Below, in pieces: positions 1-7,714 of a DNA stretch of 39,379 bases (positions are counted from its first letter, which is position 1; each line of letters opens with the position of its first letter). Both the position numbers and the translations under genes were made by a program. The DNA is from Prevotellaceae bacterium (GTDB taxonomy: Bacteria; Bacteroidota; Bacteroidia; Bacteroidales; Bacteroidaceae): assembly GCA_031262265.1 (NCBI GenBank), contig JAISIB010000126.1:1-39379 (forward strand), given 5' to 3'. Below the pieces are notes generated by a model that did not search any database, was not told the DNA's origin, and saw only the letters and a list, made by a program, of their open reading frames with translations.

Positions 1-597
1 GGGAACGAGAAGCAGCAGCAGGACGGAGACGGCAATCATCGTACGAAGCCAGCGGACATGCGATTTCACCCAAGCGTGTAGCACGCAAGCGTAACGACCG
101 TACAGCACGACAGCCCCGCCCGACAGGGCGGCCAACCAAGAGGCGCGGCTCATCGCGGCGGGGAGAAGCGGCAGAATGAGCAGGCAGGCGGCCGCACCCG
201 TCCACCGGCGCAGTCCCCTACGAAACAGGTAGTCGTAGAGGGCGAGCGGGAACACGACGGCCAGATAGCCCGCGTAGGGACCGGGATTCAGGAACGAACC
301 GGTGATCCGAAAGAGCGCGTGACGCGAGGGTAGGTAGCCGTAGAGTTGGAGCAAGCCCCAGACGGATTCCGCCAGACCGCTGCATACGAACAGGAAGAGA
401 AACGTATCACGGGCGGAGCGGCGTCTGCACAACAGGCGACACGCCACATACCAAATACCCAAGACAACCAACAACAAGAGCTTTGAACGGTTCAAAGGAG
501 CAGCGGAAAGAAAACAAGATACGCACGCTACGCAGCCAAGGAAAAGAAAGAACAATATCTCTCTGATCAAAACCCTATGAAGCGATAATTGTAACAT
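1..597 (-). CDS. Polytopic membrane protein, O-antigen ligase (Wzy_C)-like, N-terminal part; the 3' end runs off the window
   Basis: Absent from the ORF track because it is open to the window edge. Hand translation of the minus strand from the ATG at 597 gives MLQLSLHRVLIREILFFLFLGC...GSFLNPGPYAGYLAVVFPLALY...LPAAMSRASWLAALSGG. This shows several hydrophobic helices and an SRASWLA-type motif typical of O-antigen-ligase-like proteins. It lies 16 nt downstream of the stop of the 614..1696 gene on the same strand. Confidence 0.5.
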   Translation of the reverse strand, partial: MLQLSLHRVLIREILFFLFLGCVACVSCFLSAAPLNRSKLLLLVVLGIWYVACRLLCRRRSARDTFLFLFVCSGLAESVWGLLQLYGYLPSRHALFRITGSFLNPGPYAGYLAVVFPLALYDYLFRRGLRRWTGAAACLLILPLLPAAMSRASWLAALSGGAVVLYGRYACVLHAWVKSHVRWLRTMIAVSVLLLLLVP

Positions 598-613
598 AAA
601 AGTTTACTTCGAG

Positions 614-1696
614 CTACAATCCTTCTTCGTTCAACTTATACTCTACCAATGCTCCTTCCGGATCCTGACTAATCCCGTAGAGCGTACCTGTCTCCTCTTC
701 GTAGCCGACCGAACGAAGTGGTATCTCTAATACATAATGCCGAACGGGATTGCCGTCCCAATCATAGACAAGTAAATATTCGCCGTTGTTTTGTAAGCCT
801 AATCCATGGGTAGCCACAGTACGACCGGAATATACCGCATAAACGTACTTGTCGGTACAAGCCACACCCGTAAAACCCTCAATGGTGTTTATGGTAAGAG
901 CATGCGCATAGTCGTTTTCTGAGATACGAACCCTCTTTAATTCAGGCTCTTGATAATCCCATCGTTTCACTTCACGAATGCGATTACCCTCTTCAATTGT
1001 TCCGAAAAATAGGCTACTACCATTACGTGAGGCACTGATTATCTTACGTTCGTCCGGAGATAATATGACAATACTACCCGAGTAAACAAAGCCTAACTCC
1101 CTATTGGGCACATTTTCAAAACTTGGATACCTCGGATAGGTGATAGTGGTAAGTAATGAGTCTCGATTATCATACGTAGCCAACCATGCGTCTCCCTGTA
1201 AGCCCGTTGTGATATAGCCATTAGGTAAAAAACGGACATCAAAAGTACGTTCGGCATCTTTTCCTCTTGCCGGATATGTTTTGTACTTGGATATATAAAG
1301 ATACTTGTCATTCTCGTCAACCGTATAATATTGATTTCTGTTCGTATCATAGATAAACAGCGTATCTCTCCGATCTCTGAATTTAATTGAAGGCAATAGT
1401 TCCCCCGGACCTTGTCCGTACGAAATACCGCGTATCATCGTGCTATCTTTCGTATTGAAACGAACGATAATGCTATCGCGGGATGTTTCATCCCAAATAT
1501 AATATATATTGCCGCGCTTAATCACGCTATAAGGCATTAGGAGATCGTATTTTTCCAGTACCGCATAATTCGATATGTGCAACGAATCTACTGGCGTGTT
1601 GCGGAAATGGTACAGTGTCTTATCCGTGTAGTCCAAAGAATCGCCGCAAGCACTCAAGAAGATGAGTACAATCGTACAAATATATAGCTTTCTCAT
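614..1696 (-). CDS. 6-bladed beta-propeller lipoprotein (BF3164 / DUF5128-like family)
   Basis: ORF 614..1750, trimmed to the internal ATG at 1696. That start gives MRKLYICTIVLIFLSAC|GD, a signal peptide with an LSAC lipobox. Repetitive beta-strand-rich sequence (YYIWD, LFIYD, YLLVYDWDG) resembles the Bacteroides propeller lipoproteins found beside NVEALA genes. Confidence 0.7.
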   Translation of the reverse strand: MRKLYICTIVLIFLSACGDSLDYTDKTLYHFRNTPVDSLHISNYAVLEKYDLLMPYSVIKRGNIYYIWDETSRDSIIVRFNTKDSTMIRGISYGQGPGELLPSIKFRDRRDTLFIYDTNRNQYYTVDENDKYLYISKYKTYPARGKDAERTFDVRFLPNGYITTGLQGDAWLATYDNRDSLLTTITYPRYPSFENVPNRELGFVYSGSIVILSPDERKIISASRNGSSLFFGTIEEGNRIREVKRWDYQEPELKRVRISENDYAHALTINTIEGFTGVACTDKYVYAVYSGRTVATHGLGLQNNGEYLLVYDWDGNPVRHYVLEIPLRSVGYEEETGTLYGISQDPEGALVEYKLNEEGL

Positions 1697-1774
1697 AGGA
1701 TAACTGAGTTGCAAAGTTAGTATAATCAATGGGTGGAGAATTCCACCCATTGATTATACACTAATGACGTTAAG

Positions 1775-2029
1775 TTAATTAAAGTAGTAAAATTTCCCTT
1801 TAATAACAATGTCTTCATTTTGCCATTGATCAGCCGGATAGCGACATTCACCATCTTGATCATTGGCACACATCGGTCCAAAAGTTATCTCCTGTGCCAA
1901 TACTTCCACGTTGGCCAGCGATAAATCACTTAACTCACTGTTTTGTGAGTTGATACCCAAGTTCAAAGCAGCTACTGCCACCAGAACAACAGCCAAAAGG
2001 CCGCTTAATAATTTACTTTTTTTGTTCAT
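1775..2029 (-). CDS. NVEALA-family small secreted or membrane-anchored protein (84 aa)
   Basis: ORF 1775..2062, trimmed to the ATG at 2029 (MNKKSKLLSGLLAVVLVAVAALNLG). A basic N-terminus and hydrophobic segment are followed by LSDLSLANVEVLAQE, a variant of the NVEALA signature. The 37-residue tail that follows holds the only two Cys residues (C-x7-C). Confidence 0.75.
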   Translation of the reverse strand: MNKKSKLLSGLLAVVLVAVAALNLGINSQNSELSDLSLANVEVLAQEITFGPMCANDQDGECRYPADQWQNEDIVIKGKFYYFN

Positions 2030-2064
2030 AAAATAGATTTTTAGAATGTTAATAACGAGCACTA

Positions 2065-2601
2065 TTACTCGTTAAGTTGTTGCGTTATTACTCGTTTGTA
2101 TAACTCCCATACCGAAGGTATGTCTGCCGGATTTCCAATCATTAGTACCTTATTGTCTCTATCCAACAAGAAACATTGATAGGCCGGCTGTGTCGGTAAA
2201 GCATTTCGCTTATTTAATTTTCCTCTTTGATCCATAAAGACAGGATGCTCGAAATATTCTCTGTCAAGCAAGTATTTTACCGTTCGTTGATTCTTCGCTT
2301 GAAAGAAGAACACGAAGCCAACCTTATCACTCAATTGTCGCTTGCTTTCTTCTATCAAGCCCGCCCATACGCCTAAGTTTAACTTACATTTCGTACATCC
2401 CGTAGAATCCACGTAAAACAGTACCTTATACTCTTTTGTCAGCAACGAATCCAATACTCTCGCCGTGTCACCTGTCAGTTCGGGAAAACGAATCTCTTTC
2501 CCCATCCATTCCCGAACGATGGCTTCGGCATCGGTGCGTTGCTTGCTTTGGCAAGCGAACACGCAGCAGAGTATGCAAATTATGAACGGCAGTGCTTTCA
2601 T
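2065..2601 (-). CDS. Thioredoxin-fold (TlpA/AhpC-like) lipoprotein with a C-T-K-C redox motif
   Basis: 178-aa ORF. The signal peptide has a lipobox (CCVFAC|QS). 'YVDSTGCTKCKLNLGVW' is a CxxC motif in a thioredoxin-like context. It is the first gene of a same-strand trio. Confidence 0.7.
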   Translation of the reverse strand: MKALPFIICILCCVFACQSKQRTDAEAIVREWMGKEIRFPELTGDTARVLDSLLTKEYKVLFYVDSTGCTKCKLNLGVWAGLIEESKRQLSDKVGFVFFFQAKNQRTVKYLLDREYFEHPVFMDQRGKLNKRNALPTQPAYQCFLLDRDNKVLMIGNPADIPSVWELYKRVITQQLNE

Positions 2602-2625
2602 GCGTATTCTTTATTTTTCTACTGA

Positions 2626-2633
2626 CAAAAATA
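2626..2633 (-). promoter_or_regulatory. Candidate Bacteroides -7 promoter box (TATTTTTG on the minus strand) for the thioredoxin/NVEALA/propeller cassette
   Basis: The plus strand reads CAAAAATA, the reverse complement of the TAnnTTTG consensus. It sits about 25 nt upstream of the ATG at 2601. Confidence 0.35.
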
Positions 2634-2921
2634 ACATATCAACGAACTTTTGACCAAATAAAAATAAAGAAAATCAATAGAACCATTACAATTGTACAAT
2701 GTTTTTATGTTTTATCCTTGTCAAGTATTATCCTATATTAAAAAAGCATTTATATTTTTACACTCAATATGTAATGCTAATCTAATATGAAAAGACATTA
2801 TTAAAAAACGAAAAATCTTTAAGTGAAACAGGAAACAAATACCTATGGCGCGATAAGAGTATCCTGACAAATAGAGGTAACAAAAAATAATAGCCAACGT
2901 AGACAAAGATGGGTACTTATG

Positions 2922-2954
2922 ACAAAGCCGGACAGGGTGTTTTTCCGGCTTTGT
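2922..2954 (+). other. Orphan 11-bp perfect hairpin in an AT-rich intergenic region
   Basis: ACAAAGCCGGA (2922-2932), an 11-nt loop, then TCCGGCTTTGT (2944-2954), followed by TATGTAATT. There is no upstream plus-strand gene for it to terminate. Confidence 0.3.
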
Positions 2955-3041
2955 TATGTAATTATCTCGGTATCTAATTTGATTTTCTTACGAGGAAAAT
3001 AGATTATCCGACCTAAAAAATCTGCGTTTGGATATTATCAT

Positions 3042-3049
3042 TAACTTTG
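3042..3049 (+). promoter_or_regulatory. Candidate -7 promoter box (TAACTTTG) for folP
   Basis: Matches TAnnTTTG, 26 nt upstream of the folP ATG. Confidence 0.4.
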
Positions 3050-3074
3050 CGCTTAATCTGAAATGAATAATTGA

Positions 3075-3929
3075 ATGAGCGACGCTATTTCCATCTGTAT
3101 CAACGGGCGTCTTTTCGACTTGTCGGAGCCGCAAGTAATGGGTATCTTGAACCTGACGCCCGACTCTTTCTATGTCGATAGTCGAATGCAGACCGAAGCG
3201 CAAATCACTGCACGCGTACGTCAAATCATTGAAGAAGGAGCGACGATGATAGATGTCGGTGCGTATTCTTCGCGGCCGAATGCCGAGCACATCGGAGCCG
3301 ATGAAGAGATGCGCCGCTTGGCCGACGGGTTGCGTGTCGTGCGCCGCGAGTATCCGGATGCCGTCGTGTCCGTGGATACGTTTCGCGCGGAAGTAGCTGA
3401 ATTTTGCGTGCGAGATTACGGCGTGAATATCATCAATGACATATCCGGCGGAGATATGGACGAAAATATGTTTGCAACGGTCGCCCGTCTGAATATTCCG
3501 TATGTTCTGATGCACATGCAAGGGACTCCTCAGAATATGCAAGCAGCTCCGCACTATGAGAATCTGATTGAGGAAGTTTTTCTCTATTTGGCCGAGCGAG
3601 TACGACGTTTGCGCGCTTTGGGCGTGAAAGATATAATTCTGGATCCGGGTTTCGGCTTCGGAAAAACGTTGGAGCACAATTATCAATTGCTTTCCGTCAT
3701 GGAAGAATTGCGCATCTTCGAATTGCCGGTCTTGGTGGGAATCTCGCGCAAGTCGATGATTACGCAGCTACTGGGTATCTCCTCAGAAAACGCCCTGAAC
3801 GGGACAACCGTTTTGAACACGATTGCTTTGCTCAAAGGGGCGCATATTTTGCGCGTTCACGACGTGCGTCAAGCGATGGAAGCCGTCCGAATCGTGCAGC
3901 AACTAAAAATGGAACACATTAAACTTTGA
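3075..3929 (+). CDS. folP: Dihydropteroate synthase
   Basis: 284-aa ORF with GILNLTPDSFY, DVGAYSSRP, INDISGG and DPGFGFGKT motifs characteristic of dihydropteroate synthase (DHPS). Confidence 0.93.
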   Translation: MSDAISICINGRLFDLSEPQVMGILNLTPDSFYVDSRMQTEAQITARVRQIIEEGATMIDVGAYSSRPNAEHIGADEEMRRLADGLRVVRREYPDAVVSVDTFRAEVAEFCVRDYGVNIINDISGGDMDENMFATVARLNIPYVLMHMQGTPQNMQAAPHYENLIEEVFLYLAERVRRLRALGVKDIILDPGFGFGKTLEHNYQLLSVMEELRIFELPVLVGISRKSMITQLLGISSENALNGTTVLNTIALLKGAHILRVHDVRQAMEAVRIVQQLKMEHIKL

Positions 3930-3934
3930 TCGTT

Positions 3935-4696
3935 ATGTTTATAGGCTTCGGATTAAAAGATTTTATAGATATTCTGCTGGTAGCCGTGCTGCTGTATTAT
4001 ATTTACAAGCTGATAAAAGGTTCGGGGTCTATCAATATATTTATAGGAATCCTTATTTTTATCCTTGTACGCGTCATTGTCTCGCAAATCTTGGAGATGC
4101 GTTTGCTCGGCTCTATACTGGATGCCCTGTACAGCGTAGGTGCCGTCGCGTTGATAGTAATTTTTCAGGATGAGCTAAGGCGTTTTCTGTTCACGCTGGG
4201 TACGCGGCATCAAGTAGATAAGTTGGTACGCTTCTTTACAAAGGGGTACAGAAAAGAAAATCATGCGCATCTGGAATGGATGCCTATCGTTATGGCATGT
4301 AAAAGCATGAGTAAATATAAAGTTGGCGCGCTTATCATCATGGAGCACAACATGCCGTTGGATAACATCATAGAAACGGGCGATACCATAGATGCTCAGA
4401 TTAATCAGCGGCTCATCGAAAATATTTTCTTTAAGAATAGCCCGTTACATGACGGTGCGATGATCGTACGAGGAAAGCGCATCGTGGCGGCCGGTTGTAT
4501 CTTGCCTGTTTCGCAAGACTTGTCGATACCCAAAGAATTGGGGTTGAGGCATCGGGCTGCTCTGGGTATTTCGCAAGATTCGGACGCGCTGGCCATTATC
4601 GTTTCGGAAGAAACGGGAGATATATCTGTCGCGTATCACGGACAGTTTCATCGCAAACTAACCGTGGAGGGACTGGAAAGTTTAATGTCGAATTAG
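3935..4696 (+). CDS. cdaA: Diadenylate cyclase (c-di-AMP synthase), membrane-anchored CdaA type
   Basis: Three N-terminal hydrophobic helices precede a diadenylate cyclase (DAC) domain: PLHDGAMIV, the GLRHRAALG segment (RHR motif) and IIVSEETGDISVA. ATG at 3935; the track's 3926 start is a TTG overlapping the folP stop. Confidence 0.9.
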   Translation: MFIGFGLKDFIDILLVAVLLYYIYKLIKGSGSINIFIGILIFILVRVIVSQILEMRLLGSILDALYSVGAVALIVIFQDELRRFLFTLGTRHQVDKLVRFFTKGYRKENHAHLEWMPIVMACKSMSKYKVGALIIMEHNMPLDNIIETGDTIDAQINQRLIENIFFKNSPLHDGAMIVRGKRIVAAGCILPVSQDLSIPKELGLRHRAALGISQDSDALAIIVSEETGDISVAYHGQFHRKLTVEGLESLMSN

Positions 4697-4708
4697 GACT
4701 TATTATTA

Positions 4709-6247
4709 ATGGATATGAACAGACGTGATTTTATTAAATCGGGAGGGCTGGCTTTTATCGGCTCATTGGCGGCACCGGCTATCGGTAGCTCGCTGTTGAG
4801 CGGATGCGCAGCCCCGAGTAAGCAGGCAGGCGTGCAGATGGCATTGTCCCACTTTGGCGTTTCCGAAACGCTATTGCGCCAAGTACTGGCAGCCGCATTG
4901 GAAAAAGGCGGCGACTACGCTGATTTGTTTTTTGAACACACGTTCAATAACTCTATCGGCTTGCAAGACGGAGCGGTGAACCGCTGCGGTTCGAATATCG
5001 ACTTCGGTGTAGGCGTGCGCGTATTGGCCGGCGACCGTACCGGTTATGCGTATGTAGAAAACATTACGGCTGATGAAATGCTGAAAGCGGCGCGTACCGC
5101 TGCGCGCATTGCGCAGAGCAATCAGTCGCACCAACCTGTGGCTTTGACGGAGAAAAAGTTGACGCACAACTATTACTCGGTGCAAACGCCTTGGGAGAAC
5201 GTGACCGTTAAAGAGAAGATGCCGTACGTGCAACGTCTCAACGATCAAATATTCTCCCTCGACAAACGCGTACAAAAGGTGAGAGCAAATTTACAAGATC
5301 GCACCTCGCACATTTTCTTTGCGAACTCGGAAGGAGTGATGTATTATGATTACCGCCCGATGGTTGTTCTCAACGCATCGTGCACGATGGAAGAAAACGG
5401 CAAGTATGAAAATGCAGGCGCGGCGCGTTCTTATCAGAAAGGCTTTGAGTTTCTGACGGACGCCGAAGTGGAAACCATTGCGAAAGAAGCGGTAGCGAAC
5501 ACCGCCATCCTATTTGCTGCCATCAAGCCCAAAGGTGGTGAGATGCCGGTAGTCATGGGTTCCGGCGGCTCGGGAATTTTGTTGCACGAGGCTATCGGCC
5601 ATGCGTTTGAGGCTGACTTTAATCGGAAGAACATATCTATTTTCTCCGATCAGTTGAATAAGAAAATCTGCGACGCCCATATCAACGTAATAGATGATGC
5701 GACGATTCCGTTCAATCGCGGTTCGCTCAATATAGACGATGAGGGGATAGACGGACAAAAGACGTACATCGTGAAAGAAGGTGTGCTCACGAGTTATCTA
5801 CACGACCGTATTAGCGCCCACCACTACGGTATTCCGTCAACAGGCAACGGACGTAGAGAATCTTTTCGCAACATGCCGATTCCTCGCATGCGGGCAACGT
5901 ATATGGAAGCGGGTAACATAAAAGAAGCAGATATTATCTCATCGGTCAAACAAGGTATCTTCGTCGACAATTTCACGAACGGACAAGTACAAATCGGTGC
6001 GGGCGATTTCACATTCTTCGTCAAATCCGGTTATTTAATTGAGAATGGGAAGCTAACTCAGCCGATCAAGGACATTAATATCATCGGTAACGGTCCGAAA
6101 GCCTTAGCGGATATTACGATGGTGGGTGATAATCCGAAAATTGACGACGGTTCGTGGACATGCGGTAAAGATGGACAATCTTGTCCCGTGACGTGCGGCA
6201 TGCCGTCGGCTTTGGTTAGCAAACTCACCGTAGGTGGTGAAAGTTGA
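4709..6247 (+). CDS. tldD: TldD-family metalloprotease with a twin-arginine (Tat) signal peptide
   Basis: 512 aa. The N-terminus MDMNRRDFIKSGGLAFIGSLAAPAIG is a Tat motif. HEAIGHAFEAD is the HExxxH zinc site typical of TldD, and the C-terminal GMPSALV region is also typical. Confidence 0.88.
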   Translation: MDMNRRDFIKSGGLAFIGSLAAPAIGSSLLSGCAAPSKQAGVQMALSHFGVSETLLRQVLAAALEKGGDYADLFFEHTFNNSIGLQDGAVNRCGSNIDFGVGVRVLAGDRTGYAYVENITADEMLKAARTAARIAQSNQSHQPVALTEKKLTHNYYSVQTPWENVTVKEKMPYVQRLNDQIFSLDKRVQKVRANLQDRTSHIFFANSEGVMYYDYRPMVVLNASCTMEENGKYENAGAARSYQKGFEFLTDAEVETIAKEAVANTAILFAAIKPKGGEMPVVMGSGGSGILLHEAIGHAFEADFNRKNISIFSDQLNKKICDAHINVIDDATIPFNRGSLNIDDEGIDGQKTYIVKEGVLTSYLHDRISAHHYGIPSTGNGRRESFRNMPIPRMRATYMEAGNIKEADIISSVKQGIFVDNFTNGQVQIGAGDFTFFVKSGYLIENGKLTQPIKDINIIGNGPKALADITMVGDNPKIDDGSWTCGKDGQSCPVTCGMPSALVSKLTVGGES

Positions 6248-6254
6248 TAGGTGA

Positions 6255-7601
6255 ATGTCTCATTTAATAACTTTGAAAACTATGATAGCAAGTACACATA
6301 AAGAATTGGCACAGCGGGCGATGGAATATGCGCTCAAACAAGGGTGCCAAGCAGCTCGGGTAACGTTGTATGCCAACGCGAACACGGCATTTGAACTACG
6401 CAACGGAGAAATAGATCGCCTGCAACAAGCGTCGGAAAACGGGCTAAGCATCGGTTTGTACGTGGATGGTCGCTTTGGCGAGTATTCTACGAATCGTATG
6501 AACGCGCGAGAATTGGAAACCTTTATTAAGCAAGGTATCGAAGCTACGCGCTACTTGGCAGAAGATCCTGCGCGCGTCTTACCGGATCCGTCCAGATATT
6601 ACAAAGGAGGTTTGCCCGATCTGGAACAATTTGACCAAAAAATAGATGCTCTGCTTCCTGATGAAAAGGCCGATATTGCGCGGAAAGCAGCCGAAGAGGC
6701 TATTGGGAAAGACGACCGCATCATTTCGGTAGATTCCTCGTGGAGTGATCGGAAATACGAGTCCTATCGTTTAACGAGCAATGGCTTTGAAGGATCAAGC
6801 CGTCAAACTTCATTTTCCGTGTATGCGGGTGTCAGCATTCGCGGCGAAGGTGAAGCGCGTCCCGAATCCGGTTGGTCGGAGTCTTCGTTGTTTTTCGATA
6901 GCTTACCTACGAAGGACATCGGCACAAAGGCCTTGGAGCGCGTACTGCGTAAGTTGGGACAACGCAAAGTGAAGTCCGGAAAATATACGATGGTGATAGA
7001 TCCACGCGTAGCTACGCAAGTGCTCAGTCCCGTGATGAGTGCGCTCTCCGGCTCGGCGTTGCAGCAGAAAAATTCGTTTCTGATGGATAGAATCGGGCAG
7101 AAAGTGGCGAGCGATAAGTTAACTCTGATCGACGAGCCGCATCTGATTCGTGCGGTGGGTGCTCGTTATTTCGATGCGGAGGGTATTGCTACGCAGCGGA
7201 TACCCGTATTTGAAAACGGCGTGCTCCGGACGTATTACGTAGATACTTACAACGCAAAAAAGATGAACGTGGAACCGACTATTAGCGGTGCGTCCCTGTT
7301 AGTATTGCAGCCGGGAACGAAAAACCTCGATGAATTGGTGAAAAGCGTCAATAAAGGTATTTTTGTAACTGGCTTCAACGGTGGCAACAGCAACAGCTCT
7401 ACCGGCGATTTCTCGTACGGTATCGAAGGATTCCTCATAGAAAACGGCAAGCAGACACAACCTGTCAACGAGATGAACGTCACGGGTAATTTTGTGAAGC
7501 TATGGTCGCAGCTGGCGGAAGTGGGAAATGATCCGCGTCTCAGCTCGTCGTGGCGTATCCCGACGTTGGTATTTGAAAACGTAGATTTCAGCGGCCTTTG
7601 A
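6255..7601 (+). CDS. pmbA: PmbA/TldE-family protein, partner of TldD; no signal peptide visible
   Basis: 448 aa of the TldD/PmbA fold family without the HExxxH motif. The start is 8 nt after the tldD stop. Confidence 0.82.
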   Translation: MSHLITLKTMIASTHKELAQRAMEYALKQGCQAARVTLYANANTAFELRNGEIDRLQQASENGLSIGLYVDGRFGEYSTNRMNARELETFIKQGIEATRYLAEDPARVLPDPSRYYKGGLPDLEQFDQKIDALLPDEKADIARKAAEEAIGKDDRIISVDSSWSDRKYESYRLTSNGFEGSSRQTSFSVYAGVSIRGEGEARPESGWSESSLFFDSLPTKDIGTKALERVLRKLGQRKVKSGKYTMVIDPRVATQVLSPVMSALSGSALQQKNSFLMDRIGQKVASDKLTLIDEPHLIRAVGARYFDAEGIATQRIPVFENGVLRTYYVDTYNAKKMNVEPTISGASLLVLQPGTKNLDELVKSVNKGIFVTGFNGGNSNSSTGDFSYGIEGFLIENGKQTQPVNEMNVTGNFVKLWSQLAEVGNDPRLSSSWRIPTLVFENVDFSGL

Positions 7602-7618
7602 GCCGCTGACTTCTTTTT
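7588..7618 (+). terminator. Rho-independent terminator after pmbA
   Basis: TCAGCGGC (7588-7595), a 6-nt loop, then GCCGCTGA (7602-7609), followed by CTTCTTTTT. It overlaps the pmbA stop. Confidence 0.6.
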
Positions 7619-7714
7619 CCATGAATTCAGGGACTTAAAATTTACTCGTTCCCGCACAAATTCCGATTATTGCGGCGTCAATTTTCAGAGATTCGAAACA
7701 GTAAAGCAAACTTA

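Noticed and set aside
2988-3686. A 232-aa minus-strand ORF antisense to folP. Many similar long antisense or overlapping ORFs appear in the track, for example 4871-5275, 13548-14177, 14378-14956, 18170-18634, 18851-19534, 20475-21008, 21375-21962, 27343-27807, 32865-33293 and 37392-37859.
   Set aside because: Each lies entirely inside a gene with clear family motifs on the other strand or frame. Their translations are low-complexity and Arg/Ser/Cys-rich with no recognisable domains, which is typical of shadow ORFs in GC-rich coding DNA.
7670-7714. N-terminal extensions suggested by the ORF track: TTG at 7670 for the sigma factor, 1750 for the propeller, 2062 for NVEALA, 9444 for SusC, 14577 for the hydrolase, 32236 for nadD and 35123 for gcvP.
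   Set aside because: Internal ATG codons give canonical N-termini (signal peptides, lipoboxes or the nucleotidyltransferase motif). The extensions overlap upstream genes or add non-homologous residues.
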